Source: Nitrososphaerota archaeon
Lineage (GTDB): Archaea; Thermoproteota; Nitrososphaeria_A; Caldarchaeales; Calditenuaceae
Direction of reading: 5' to 3'
Assembly (NCBI GenBank): GCA_033581555.1
Contig: JAVQSZ010000002.1
Coordinates: 1-64,000, forward strand
DNA length: 64,000 nt
Below, in pieces: positions 47,208 through 56,750 of the stretch. Numbering within the stretch: position 1 is the stretch's first letter; every line of letters starts with the position of its first letter. The notes under the pieces are model-generated. The model saw only the letters and a program-made list of their open reading frames with translations. It was not told where the DNA came from and made no database searches. A program made the translations under genes and the position numbers.

Positions 47208-47525
47208 CCTCGGAATCGGGACGTTGTGGGACTTGACCCTGAGGACCTCGACGTTCACGACGTTCGGCTCGAGCGAGGCCTCGTCCCCGAAGCTCACCGT
47301 GCCCTTAAGCCTGTTGACGTGGGCGAACCTCGACCTCAGCTCGCTGCCGACCCTCGCGAAGTAAACCGTCCCGGCCCTTCCCAGGCCTCCTAGTGGGAGG
47401 AAGATGACTCCGTCCTCGGCCGAGTAGTTGACGAACGGCGCCGGCAGGAGGGAGGCCAGCCTGAAGAGGTCCTCGGGCGACTGTAGCTCCACGGCCACGA
47501 CCCTCGGGACCCTCTCTCCAGCCAC
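47199..47525 (-). CDS. Hypothetical protein
   Basis: Compact ORF with host codon usage that fills the gap between two genes. Confidence 0.55.
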   Translation of the reverse strand: MAGERVPRVVAVELQSPEDLFRLASLLPAPFVNYSAEDGVIFLPLGGLGRAGTVYFARVGSELRSRFAHVNRLKGTVSFGDEASLEPNVVNVEVLRVKSHNVPIPRSK

Positions 47526-47633
47526 GGCGCCCCGATCAGGCCACAGGATTTGAACGTTTTCGGCGCTGGGGAGGGAAGCCCCTCAGTCCGACAGGCGGTA
47601 AATCCTAAATCTGGAGCGGCGGAACTTGTGCCG

Positions 47634-48731
47634 GTGAGGAGGGTAGGGGAGGCGAGGCTCTGGCTGGTCTCGGGTCCGGTTCCCCACTTCAAGGAGATGG
47701 TCGAGCTGGGGAGGGAGATAGTCAGGGCCCTCGTCGAGGTTCACGGGCCCGAGGAGACCGTAAGGAGGTTCTCTGACCCCGCGTGGCTGACGGCCCTCGC
47801 GTGCGTCCTAGGGTTCGAGTGGGACACCAGCGGCCAGACGACGGTCACGCTCAAGGCCCTCAAGGAGGGGCTCAGGGGCGCGGACGTCCCGGTGAAGGTG
47901 GTGGGAGGGAAGGGCGAGGAGATGAGGTGGGTGCCCTACGAGCTCGAGAAGCTTGACCGCGAGGTGGGCCTCAGGGAGAAGGACGAACTGATCGCCGTCT
48001 CGAGGCTGACGTGCAGCGTCGATGACGCGGCCCTCCAGGACTCCTACGCTGTTTACTTCCACGCGATGGTCGTCTCGGAGGAGGGGAGCTGGGCGGCGAT
48101 CAACCAGGGGATGAACGTAGAGGCCGGGTTAGCGAGGCGATACCACTGGTCGTCCGAGAAGGGAGCGTCGGCCGAGAGGCCCCACACGTCGATCGTCGCC
48201 GAGAGGAGCGAGGCCGCAGTACTGGACATGACCAGCCCGGAGTCGAGGGAGACGAGGGAGGCGGTGGTCGAGATGCTGAAGGACACGCCCATGACGAGGC
48301 TCAACGAGGACCTGACTCAGGCCAGGGCCCTCCTTAAGGGCCAGAGGCTCCTCGATAGGGACGCAGGGCCCTTCGCAGGTGCCGAGGTCCCAAGGCACCT
48401 CCTCCCGCCGAGGTCGTTCGACGAGGAGACTGTCAGGAGGGCGAAGGGCGTCGAGAGCTTCGAGGAGCTCCTCTCTGTTAAGGGGATGGGGCCAGCGACG
48501 GTCAGGGGGCTGGCGTACGTCTCAGCGCTCGTCTACGGCACTAGGCTCTCTTGGCGGGACCCGGTCAAGTTCGCCTACGCCCACGGGACGAAGAGCGGAA
48601 GGCCCTACATGGTCGACAGGAGGGCGATGCTCAGGAACGCCGAGGTCCTTCGGGAGGCGGTCAAGTCCGCGAAGCTCGGCGACCGTGCGAAGCTCGAGGC
48701 CCTGAGGAGGCTCCAGTCGCTGATCGAGTGA
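47634..48731 (+). CDS. DUF763-domain protein
   Basis: RFSDP.W...CVLG.EW..SG.TT, GGKG, QGMN...ARRYHW, DPVKFAYAHG.K; start approximate. Confidence 0.85.
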   Translation: MRRVGEARLWLVSGPVPHFKEMVELGREIVRALVEVHGPEETVRRFSDPAWLTALACVLGFEWDTSGQTTVTLKALKEGLRGADVPVKVVGGKGEEMRWVPYELEKLDREVGLREKDELIAVSRLTCSVDDAALQDSYAVYFHAMVVSEEGSWAAINQGMNVEAGLARRYHWSSEKGASAERPHTSIVAERSEAAVLDMTSPESRETREAVVEMLKDTPMTRLNEDLTQARALLKGQRLLDRDAGPFAGAEVPRHLLPPRSFDEETVRRAKGVESFEELLSVKGMGPATVRGLAYVSALVYGTRLSWRDPVKFAYAHGTKSGRPYMVDRRAMLRNAEVLREAVKSAKLGDRAKLEALRRLQSLIE

Positions 48732-48823
48732 CGGGGTCTGCCCCCGACTCCAGCATACCGACGATCCGATTTCTCTCGGAGGGTATAAATTAAGAGCATA
48801 GGGTAGAGAGTTCTTGAGAGATC

Positions 48824-50026
48824 GTGATCGTGATACTGTTGACTAAGGCTGTGCCGGCCAGGACGACCAGGGTCATCACGGTCGGCGGCGTCCTGAAGAG
48901 GGAGGAGATGGACCTCGTGATCAACCCGCTCGACTTCAAGGCGCTCCAGGCCGCCGACTACGCGAAGAGGTACAACGGCGGCAAGCTCGTCGCGGTCAGC
49001 ATGGGCCCCGACTTCAAGGTGAAGCCGCTGATCTCGGAGCTTTACGCCCACCCCATCGAGGGCGTCGACGAGGGAATCATCCTGAGCGACAGGAGGATGG
49101 CCGGTGCCGACACGTGGGCTACCGCATACACGCTGGCCCTGGGGATCAAGAAGGTGCTCGACCTGAACAGGGGCGCGGTCGAAGAGCTGAGGTCGATGGT
49201 CGAGTCCGGCGAAGGCCCCGAGAGGGTCCTCGAGAGGGCGAAGGAGCTCTACGAGAGGAACCTGATCCCGAACCTCCTCTACACCGACAAGCCCGGCGCG
49301 CCGCTCGGGGTCCTCCAGCGCTACGCCAGGGGCCAGGCGACGAGGGACGAGGTGATCGAGGCGCTAGATAGGGTGAGGGTCGAGTTGGAGAGGTTCCTGA
49401 TCGTCGCGGGGCTAAAGACATCCGACGGCGAGACCGGGAGCACCGGGCCCCAGACCGCGGAAGCGCTCTCGGACCTGATGGGCAGACAGATACCGGACAT
49501 CACGCACGTCACCTGGTTCGAGGTCGACGCGGAGAGCGGGACGCTGATTGCGGAGCGGAAGCTCGGGTCCTACGTCCAGAGGGTCAGGTCTCCGCTGCCC
49601 TGCCTGATCACCATCTCGCCCGAGTACAGGCCCGACGTACCTCGGGTCTCGAGGAGGAAGAGGTCGAGGTCCTTCTCTTACAGGAACAAGTCTCCGGAGG
49701 TCGTCGTCTGGAGCGCCGACGCGATCGGCGCCGACCCCTCTCAGATAGGGCTGGCAGGCTCCCCGACGATCGTCGGTCCGGGGATAGACATAGGCGGCAT
49801 ACCGGTCCAGAAGTTCCTCGGCGTGACGAAGGTCTTCTCCGAGAGGGTCGAGAGGCTCGAGTTCAACGGCAAGACCTACGGGCCCTTCGAGAGGTTCCAG
49901 AAGGTCGAGGGCCTGCCGGAGGAGCTGGTGAGGGAGCTCGAGGCGAGGGGGCTCGTCAAGGTGTACGACCTGAAGGACCTGATAGCGGAGGTGTTCGGCG
50001 GTGTCCTCGCAGCTGCAAAGCATTGA
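48824..50026 (+). CDS. etfB: Electron transfer flavoprotein beta (FixA-like), long form
   Basis: INPLD, SMGP, SDRRMAGADTWAT, DGETG..GP, GLAGSPT. Confidence 0.9.
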   Translation: MIVILLTKAVPARTTRVITVGGVLKREEMDLVINPLDFKALQAADYAKRYNGGKLVAVSMGPDFKVKPLISELYAHPIEGVDEGIILSDRRMAGADTWATAYTLALGIKKVLDLNRGAVEELRSMVESGEGPERVLERAKELYERNLIPNLLYTDKPGAPLGVLQRYARGQATRDEVIEALDRVRVELERFLIVAGLKTSDGETGSTGPQTAEALSDLMGRQIPDITHVTWFEVDAESGTLIAERKLGSYVQRVRSPLPCLITISPEYRPDVPRVSRRKRSRSFSYRNKSPEVVVWSADAIGADPSQIGLAGSPTIVGPGIDIGGIPVQKFLGVTKVFSERVERLEFNGKTYGPFERFQKVEGLPEELVRELEARGLVKVYDLKDLIAEVFGGVLAAAKH

Positions 50027-51119
50027 GGTCAGGATAGAGGGGTACACCGACGTCTGGGTCTACTGCGAGCACGAGGACGGCCGTCTCACCAGGGCGACGA
50101 CCGAGGTCATAGCCGGTGCCAAGAAGATCGCCGAGAGGGTCGGGATGAAGGTCGTCGGCGTCCTGATGGGCTACAACCTCGGCGACCTCGTGAACGAGCC
50201 GATCTACTACGGGGCCGATAAGGTGATCTACTGCGACGACCCCCGCCTCAAGGACTACCAGGTCCTGCCGTACACGACCGTCCTCTCCGACATGGTCCTG
50301 AAGCTGAAGCCGTGGGCGCTGCTCTTCGTGACCAGCGAGATCGGGAAGGACCTCGGACCGAGGGTCGCCTATAGGACGAGGACGGGTCTCGCCGCGGACG
50401 TGATCGACCTGATAGTGGAGGACTTCATCATGAACCTGCCCACGGGCCGGTACGTCTACAAGAACTGCATAGCTCAGGTGAGGCCCGACTTCGCGACGAG
50501 GATCGCGAAGATCTTCACGCCGAAGCACAGGCCCCAGATCAGCAGCGTGAGGCCCGGGAACTTCACGCCGTTGCCGAGGGACGAGAGCAGGACCGGTGAG
50601 GTGATCAAGTGGGAGCCACGGTTCAACGAAGACGACTTCCAAGTGGAGGTCCTCGAGACGAGGCGCCTCCCGAAGAGCGAGGTGAAGCTCGAGGAGGCGA
50701 ACGTCGTCGTCAGCCTGGGGCTCGGGATATTGAGGGACGCCACGGGGAACCCAAGGGACCCGAGGGAAGCCTACAAGATGGCGGAGGAGCTGAAGAGGCT
50801 GATACAGGAGAAGTTGAGGCTGAAGGCGGAGATCGGCTCGAGCAGGGCCCTGATCTACGCCCAGCTCAAGGAGCTCGAGGGCCTGATCACGAAGGAGAGG
50901 CAGGTCGGCCAGACGGGGAAGACCGTTGCTCCTGACGTATACATCGCCCTAGGGATAAGCGGAGCCCTCCAGCACAGGGTCGGGATGCAGAGGGCGAAGA
51001 AGATCATCGCGGTTAACACGGACCCGAACGCTCCCATCTTCCAGATCGCGCACTACTGCGTCGTCGGGGACCTCTACGAGTTCCTCCCGAGGCTGATCGA
51101 GGAGCTGAGGTCGATCTGA
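50001..51119 (+). CDS. etfA: Electron transfer flavoprotein alpha (FixB-like)
   Basis: TGLAAD, RPQISSVRP, QVGQTGKTVAP, GISGALQH, NTDPNAPIF. Confidence 0.92.
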   Translation: MSSQLQSIEVRIEGYTDVWVYCEHEDGRLTRATTEVIAGAKKIAERVGMKVVGVLMGYNLGDLVNEPIYYGADKVIYCDDPRLKDYQVLPYTTVLSDMVLKLKPWALLFVTSEIGKDLGPRVAYRTRTGLAADVIDLIVEDFIMNLPTGRYVYKNCIAQVRPDFATRIAKIFTPKHRPQISSVRPGNFTPLPRDESRTGEVIKWEPRFNEDDFQVEVLETRRLPKSEVKLEEANVVVSLGLGILRDATGNPRDPREAYKMAEELKRLIQEKLRLKAEIGSSRALIYAQLKELEGLITKERQVGQTGKTVAPDVYIALGISGALQHRVGMQRAKKIIAVNTDPNAPIFQIAHYCVVGDLYEFLPRLIEELRSI

Positions 51120-51120
51120 G

Positions 51121-52821
51121 TTGGGCTACGACTTCGACGTCATAGTTGTCGGAGCGGGGCCCGCCGGATGCGCGGCCGCGATGAAGCTGGTCCAGAACGG
51201 CGTCGACGTCGCCCTTCTGGAGCGCGGCCCCCTCGCGGGGAGCAAGAACGTCTCGGGCGGGGTCCTGTACCTGGACTACATCCCGGGCTACACGGTGATC
51301 GACGTCTTCCCCGACTTCGTCGAGAGGGGGCCGGTCGAGAGGCGGATCGTCTCGCACGAGGTCCTCTTCGTCACCGAGGCCACTCGCTCCAACGGCACCG
51401 CGTCGTACAAGGTCAGGAGGGTCGACGAGCGCTCTTTCCTGACAAGGCTCGGGGTCACGGGATTCAACTACACCGGCGAGAGGGCCTACTCGGTCCTCAG
51501 GGCGAGAATGGACCGGTGGATGGCGAACAGAGTCCAAGAGGCTGGGGGAGTGTTGAACACCTGCACCACCGTGGAGCACCTCCTCTTCGAGGACGGAAGG
51601 GTGGTCGGGGTTCGGACCAGCGACGAGGAGCTGAGGTCGAAGCTGGTGATCGATGCGAGCGGCGTCACGTCGAACCTCGTGGTCGAGGCGGGACTGAGGC
51701 CGAAGCTCGAGCCGTACCAGGTCTATCACGGCGTCAAACACGTCTTCAAGCTGAAGCCCGAGCTCATCGAGGAGAGGTTCGGGGTCGGGCAGGGCGAGGG
51801 CAAGGCGATCTACTTCGTCGGGCCCTTCATGAGGGGCGTGAGCGGAGGCGCCTTCCTCTACACGAACAAGGACACCCTCAGCGTCGGGATCGTCGTCTCA
51901 CTGGACTCGTACCTGAGGCGCGCGGCCGAGGACCCGGTCAACGTCGGGAAGCCGATGGACATGCTGGAGGAGTTCGAGGCACACCCTGCGGTCTCCAGGT
52001 ACCTCGAGGGCGCAGAGCTCGTCGAGTATTCGGCACACAACATACCGAAGGGCCACAAGACGTTCCTCGAGAAGCCCTACAGGGCTGGGTTCCTGGTGAC
52101 CGGCGACGCGCTTGGAGCCTTCGTCAAGATCGGTGGCCTCATCGACGGCATGAGGAGGGCCATCGCTACCGGGATAATGGCGGCCGAGGTCGCGCTGAGG
52201 TGCATCGCGGCCGACAAGTTCGACGAGGACGCGCTCTCTCACTACAGGGAGCTCCTAAGACCGATCCACAGGGACATCAGGAGGTCCGCCACCAACTCCG
52301 CGATAAGCGAGGGCCGGATCGGGTACGGTTTGGGCCCGAGGCTGCTGCTCGCGACCGGAGGGGAGCGGGTGATCTCGGCGTCGAGCAACGCTCCGCATTC
52401 GGGGTCGAGGGACGTCATCAAGAGGGTCCAAGAGCTCACGGGCATGCTCCAGTACGACGAGGACCACCACTACAGCCACATCAAGGTCGACATCGACGCC
52501 GCGTCCGCCTTCGCCCTGAAGCAGTGGGTGCCGGCGTGCCCGGTCAACTGCTACACGCTCCTGCTCGACAAGGGCGTCTTCGCGTCCTACAGAGACCTCT
52601 ACCTCTTCAACCTCAACAGGGCGATGTCCGAGGGGCTCTCCGAGGAGGCCGCGAGGGCCAGGGCGCTCAAGGAGACCCTCGAGGACGTGGCGAGGGCGAG
52701 GCTTAGGTTCGACTATGTGGCGTGCGTCGCGTGCGGGACTTGCGGCGTGATAGGCCCGAAGGGCGTCGTGGACTTCGGACACGAGAGGCGTGGCCACGGG
52801 GTCATCTTCAGGTACGGCTGA
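51121..52821 (+). CDS. fixC: ETF-quinone oxidoreductase, FixC-FixX fusion
   Basis: GAGPAG, GSKNVSGG, EYSAH, GDALG; C-terminal ACPVNCY and CVACGTC ferredoxin motifs, GV.FRYG. Confidence 0.88.
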   Translation: MGYDFDVIVVGAGPAGCAAAMKLVQNGVDVALLERGPLAGSKNVSGGVLYLDYIPGYTVIDVFPDFVERGPVERRIVSHEVLFVTEATRSNGTASYKVRRVDERSFLTRLGVTGFNYTGERAYSVLRARMDRWMANRVQEAGGVLNTCTTVEHLLFEDGRVVGVRTSDEELRSKLVIDASGVTSNLVVEAGLRPKLEPYQVYHGVKHVFKLKPELIEERFGVGQGEGKAIYFVGPFMRGVSGGAFLYTNKDTLSVGIVVSLDSYLRRAAEDPVNVGKPMDMLEEFEAHPAVSRYLEGAELVEYSAHNIPKGHKTFLEKPYRAGFLVTGDALGAFVKIGGLIDGMRRAIATGIMAAEVALRCIAADKFDEDALSHYRELLRPIHRDIRRSATNSAISEGRIGYGLGPRLLLATGGERVISASSNAPHSGSRDVIKRVQELTGMLQYDEDHHYSHIKVDIDAASAFALKQWVPACPVNCYTLLLDKGVFASYRDLYLFNLNRAMSEGLSEEAARARALKETLEDVARARLRFDYVACVACGTCGVIGPKGVVDFGHERRGHGVIFRYG

Positions 52822-52834
52822 ACCTCTTTCCTCC

Positions 52835-53518
52835 TCAAGAGCCCAGCAAGTGCCTCTCTAGCAGGCAGAGGGCCCTCGAGACCGCAACCCACGCGTCGAG
52901 CCTGTGGTTCGAGACCCTGAGCCCGACGTCGACCACCTCGAGCACCTCCGGGCCGAAGTCACCGTGCGGGAAGCCGCCGACGATGAGCTTCATGCCGTCC
53001 GCCTCGACCGAACCCGCCCCGATCGCGGCCTCCATGTCCTCCCCTGACTCGTGGAGGAGGACCCTTTGACCCGGACCGAGCTCCTCCAGCACACTCCTCA
53101 GGTCCGACTCCTCCATCTCGAGGAGGACGGTACCGTCGTCGGCGGTGAGCCTCCCCTCCCTGTAGAGCTGCTCGATGAGGCCCTTGAACCGGTCGTAAAC
53201 CCTCGGGAGCCTTGTTGAGGGGTTCACCCTGATCCACCTGTTGTCCCGGGTGTGGACGTGGACCCCCAACATCCCCGAGAGGTTCAGCGGCGAGCCGAGG
53301 GCCTCGAGGAGGGTGAAGTGGACGATGTCAGGTCTGCCGCGCCTGTGGCCGTCGCTGAGCCTCCTCATCGCCCTGTGGTGGTAGGAGGAGTCGAGGAGCG
53401 TCCACCTGACGTCCTTCTTCCTCCTCCTGCAGAAGGAGACGACGTCGGGCTCTCCCCAGAGCTCCCTAGGGATCAGCTCGATCGCGGCCTCGGCTATCAC
53501 TAAGTCGACCCTCGGCAA
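52835..53518 (-). CDS. nep1: 16S rRNA pseudouridine N1-methyltransferase Nep1/Emg1
   Basis: LLDSSYHH, GRPDIVH, RLPRVYDRFKGL, GGFPHGDF. Confidence 0.93.
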   Translation of the reverse strand: MPRVDLVIAEAAIELIPRELWGEPDVVSFCRRRKKDVRWTLLDSSYHHRAMRRLSDGHRRGRPDIVHFTLLEALGSPLNLSGMLGVHVHTRDNRWIRVNPSTRLPRVYDRFKGLIEQLYREGRLTADDGTVLLEMEESDLRSVLEELGPGQRVLLHESGEDMEAAIGAGSVEADGMKLIVGGFPHGDFGPEVLEVVDVGLRVSNHRLDAWVAVSRALCLLERHLLGS

Positions 53519-53560
53519 GAGGCCGTCAGCTCCAGGCCTGTCGCTCTAAGCCTCGGTGGG

Positions 53561-53983
53561 TCACCTGTAGGACTTCTGCTTGAACCTCCTCGCGGACCTC
53601 CTGTTCGGCTTCTTGGGCTCGGTCCTCCTCGGATCACCGGAGATCAGGTGGTAGTCGTAGGCCTCGAAGGACTTCCTCAGCTCCGGGTTGAGCGCCGCCA
53701 AGGCCCTCGAGATCGCGATCGCGATCGCGTCGGCCTGGCCCAGGATCCCTCCTCCCTGTACGTTCAGGTAGAAGTTGTAGGAACCGGCGGCCTCGCCGAC
53801 GATCCTGATCGGCACCAGCGCCTTCTCCCTCGCGACCCAGTTCCCCCAGAGCTCGATCGGAGTGCCGTTCACCACCACCTTCCCCGAGCCCCGCTCGACC
53901 TTCAGCCTCGCAACCGCCTCCTTCCTCTTCCCCACGAAGACCGTTCTGAGCGCCTCCGCCCTCGCCGCCTGCACCATCCTCAA
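53561..53983 (-). CDS. rps9: 30S ribosomal protein S9 (uS9)
   Basis: GKRKEAVAR, GGGILGQADA, DPRRTEPKK, QKSYR; start may be ATG 53977. Confidence 0.95.
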   Translation of the reverse strand: MRMVQAARAEALRTVFVGKRKEAVARLKVERGSGKVVVNGTPIELWGNWVAREKALVPIRIVGEAAGSYNFYLNVQGGGILGQADAIAIAISRALAALNPELRKSFEAYDYHLISGDPRRTEPKKPNRRSARRFKQKSYR

Positions 53984-54060
53984 GTCTTCGGGCTCGTTCT
54001 GTATTTAAATGAGAACCGGGTCAGGGTTTTTATGAGGACGCCGGGATTCGTCCGAAGGGG

Positions 54061-54567
54061 TTGTCGGAAGAGGAGCAACAGAGCTGCCCCATCGACGTGA
54101 CGCCCTCGATGATCGCGGGGCTGGTCGAGGTCCTGGTGCTCTGGGGAGGCCGGATTGACCTGCACAGACTCGCGAGGGAGACCGGGATGGAGACCGGGCA
54201 CCTCCTGAGGGTCGCGGAGGTCGCGAGGGCGCTGAGGTTCGTCGAGGTGGCGAACGGTGACCTGATCCTCACGAGGGAGGGTCAGGCCTTCAGCAGGAAG
54301 GGGACCTCCGGGAAGCTGGGGATGTTGAAGGAGCTAGTGCAGGGCCTCGAGCCCTTCAGGTCGATCATCGCGCTCCTCTCCTCGGTCCAGTCGCCGCTCT
54401 CGGTCGAGGAGATCAACGAGAGGCTTGGGCTCTGCGCGGTAGAGGAGGAGCAGCTCAGGAGGCTCAACTCATTCATCATCGACTGGCTGGTCGCGACCGG
54501 GATACTGGAGTACGACGGCGAGTCCTCTTCCTTCAGGATCAAGAGGACCAGGAGGTCTAAGCCTTAG
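54061..54567 (+). CDS. Stand-alone AAA-associated (NitT/TauT C-terminal) winged-helix protein
   Basis: IAGLVEVL...GRIDL..LA, GDLILT.EG, I.W....GILEYD. Confidence 0.72.
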   Translation: MSEEEQQSCPIDVTPSMIAGLVEVLVLWGGRIDLHRLARETGMETGHLLRVAEVARALRFVEVANGDLILTREGQAFSRKGTSGKLGMLKELVQGLEPFRSIIALLSSVQSPLSVEEINERLGLCAVEEEQLRRLNSFIIDWLVATGILEYDGESSSFRIKRTRRSKP

Positions 54568-55316
54568 TTCCCCATCAGCACGATCACTTCATCGACGATG
54601 TTCAGGAACTCCGGGCTCCGCCTGACCCTAGGCCTCTCGAGCTCGACCTTAACCTCCGCGACCACGGTCGCGGGCCTTCCCTTCAGGACGAGGATCCTGT
54701 CTGAGAGCTGGACTATCTCGTCGACGTTATGCGAGACCAGCACGACGGAGGCCGGGGGGAGGCTGGAGTCGTACCACATGTGCTCTATCTCCCTGATCAG
54801 GGCCAGCGCGGTCAGCGGGTCCAGGTTGCTGAACGGCTCGTCGAGGAGAAGGAGGTCTGGGAGGCTGACGAGGGCCCTCGCGAGGGCGACGCGTTGCTGC
54901 ATCCCGCCGCTGAGCTCCCTAGGGTAGGCCCTCTCGTACCCCGAGAGCCCCGTGAGGTCGAGGAACCTCATCCCTAGCTCCTTCTTCTCCTCCTCGGTGA
55001 GGTCCCTCCTCGCCTTGAGGGGGAGCGTGACGTTCTCGATCACGGTCAGCCATGGCAAGAGCGTCGGGGACTGGAACATCATCGAGATCCTGGGGTTAGG
55101 ACCGTTGAGGGGCTCGCCCCTGAAGAGGACCCTGCCCTTCGTGGGCTTGAGGAGTCCAGACATGAGCCTGAGGAGCGTCGACTTGCCGGTCCCGCTCGGC
55201 CCGACGATCCCCACGAACTCGGCGTAGTTCACGTGGATGTTGATCCCCTGGAGGACTGGGCTCCGGGAGTTGGCGTAAGCGAAGGAGACGTCCTCCATCC
55301 TCACGAGCTCGCTCAT
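54564..55316 (-). CDS. ABC transporter ATP-binding protein (NitT/TauT family)
   Basis: GPSGTGKS, LLPWLTV, YPRELSGGMQQR, DEPFSNLD. Confidence 0.92.
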   Translation of the reverse strand: MSELVRMEDVSFAYANSRSPVLQGINIHVNYAEFVGIVGPSGTGKSTLLRLMSGLLKPTKGRVLFRGEPLNGPNPRISMMFQSPTLLPWLTVIENVTLPLKARRDLTEEEKKELGMRFLDLTGLSGYERAYPRELSGGMQQRVALARALVSLPDLLLLDEPFSNLDPLTALALIREIEHMWYDSSLPPASVVLVSHNVDEIVQLSDRILVLKGRPATVVAEVKVELERPRVRRSPEFLNIVDEVIVLMGN

Positions 55317-55385
55317 CCCGACCCGCCCCGGAGCCGGGCAATATTTACGTGAGAGCTGGAGCCCCGGGCCTCGAGCTCGCCGGAA

Positions 55386-55967
55386 TCAGGCCTCGACGTG
55401 CGGCGGCCTCACGAAGAGCCAATACCTGTTGTCGGGGTCAGAGAGCTCCTGGAGTATCCTCTTCACGACGCTTCCTTTCACGTCCTGCAGTCCGGTCCTC
55501 TTCTCGATCTCTTCGAAGGACTCGAAGGGCTTCTTCTCTCTCTCCTCGAGGACCTTCAGCATCGTCTTCTTCCCGATCCCCTGGATCACTTCGAGCGCGT
55601 GGAGCCTCGGTGTGAGGGGGCCGCAGGTGTTGAAGAACTTCACGAACTTCGGCTCCTTCTCGTTGACGATCCTCTCCACCGCCCTCTCGAGCTCGAGTCT
55701 CGCCATTTCGGGGAGGTCCTGGTACCCTATCCTCCTGATGATCCTGACCATGTCCCTCGGCGCGTCCTTCCCGATGTAGAGGAGGTTCCCTGGGACCAGC
55801 TTCAGCTCAGGGGAGACCGCGGCCTCAAGGAGCGTGAAGTGCTCTGTCCCCAGGAGGTAGATGACGTTCGCGTGCCCGTGCCTCCCGCCCCTCCTCGACT
55901 GCTCCATCCCTAGGACTATCGCCTCGTCCTCGTAGACCTTCGGCCTCCAGCGCTCGAACTCCCGCAT
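55386..55967 (-). CDS. DUF655 putative RNA-binding protein
   Basis: G...FTLLE, FFN..GPLTPRLHALE...GIGKK, PFESFEEI; lies in the rpl21e-rpoF cluster. Confidence 0.88.
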   Translation of the reverse strand: MREFERWRPKVYEDEAIVLGMEQSRRGGRHGHANVIYLLGTEHFTLLEAAVSPELKLVPGNLLYIGKDAPRDMVRIIRRIGYQDLPEMARLELERAVERIVNEKEPKFVKFFNTCGPLTPRLHALEVIQGIGKKTMLKVLEEREKKPFESFEEIEKRTGLQDVKGSVVKRILQELSDPDNRYWLFVRPPHVEA

Positions 55968-55968
55968 A

Positions 55969-56334
55969 TCAGTCCTCGGACCTTCGGTCTGAGCCCGCGT
56001 GCTTCCTGATCGTCTCGACAATCCTCCTGAGCCTCTCCTCGTCCGCGAGGACCGTCAGCAGCAGCCTCTTGTACCCGGAGAGGACCGACCTGAGCTCCTC
56101 CACGGTCATCGGGCAGACGTTCACGACCTGCGTCGCCTCAAGCTCGTCGAGGCCATGGTCCCGCATCAGCTCCTCCTTGAGGGCCCTTGCGGCATCCGGG
56201 CTGACCTTCGAGTATGCCGAGACGTAGCTGTAGACCCTCTGGACCATCGGCGACCTGCCCCTCTGTACCCCCTCGAGTAGCTCCTTCACCTCCGGTATCG
56301 AGAGCGGCCTTGAAGAGATCACGCGCCTCGGCAA
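55969..56334 (-). CDS. rpoF: RNA polymerase subunit Rpo4/RpoF
   Basis: SIPEVKELL, QVVNVCP.TVEELR; gene context. Confidence 0.88.
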   Translation of the reverse strand: MPRRVISSRPLSIPEVKELLEGVQRGRSPMVQRVYSYVSAYSKVSPDAARALKEELMRDHGLDELEATQVVNVCPMTVEELRSVLSGYKRLLLTVLADEERLRRIVETIRKHAGSDRRSED

Positions 56335-56344
56335 GGGAGGTCAC

Positions 56345-56638
56345 CTAGCCCGCGTGGGGCCTGAGGTGGTCAGGGAGGACGTAGAGCACCTTCCTTTTGG
56401 ACCCTAAGTAGACCTCTACCTCGTAGGCCCTACCTCTCTTTCTTACGACGGTCCCGACCTTGCCGTGGAACCTCTTGTGCGGCAGCGACCTGTGGACCAT
56501 GGGGTCGGAGGCGATCACGACTCTGCTGCCCACGGGGTAGTCTACCAAATGGACCTCGGGCCTAGGCCCCATCCTCGACCCCACCGGCTTCGTGAGCAGC
56601 GTCCTCGTCCGGTACCTGTAGCCGTGATGCCGCGCCAG
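56345..56638 (-). CDS. rpl21e: 50S ribosomal protein L21e (probable CTG start)
   Basis: HHGYRYRTR.LL N-terminus, PHKRFHGKVG, RGRAY, PDHL. Confidence 0.92.
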   Translation of the reverse strand: MARHHGYRYRTRTLLTKPVGSRMGPRPEVHLVDYPVGSRVVIASDPMVHRSLPHKRFHGKVGTVVRKRGRAYEVEVYLGSKRKVLYVLPDHLRPHAG

Positions 56639-56750
56639 GCCTTTCCACCCGGTTTAGAACCAGTCCCTTCAGTGTATTTAAGTGTTGAAAAGCGGGATCC
56701 GTCCGGCTTCGGCGGTTGAGCTTATCACTTCCCGGAGCGCCTCGGGACGC

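Noticed and set aside
1556-52706. Long alternative-frame or antisense ORFs (e.g. 1556-2680, 22104-23153, 34602-35927, 36725-37990, 42332-43624, 51168-52706)
   Set aside because: They are shadows of well-supported genes, caused by high GC and biased codon usage. They are Arg/Gly/Pro- or Ser-rich with no motifs.
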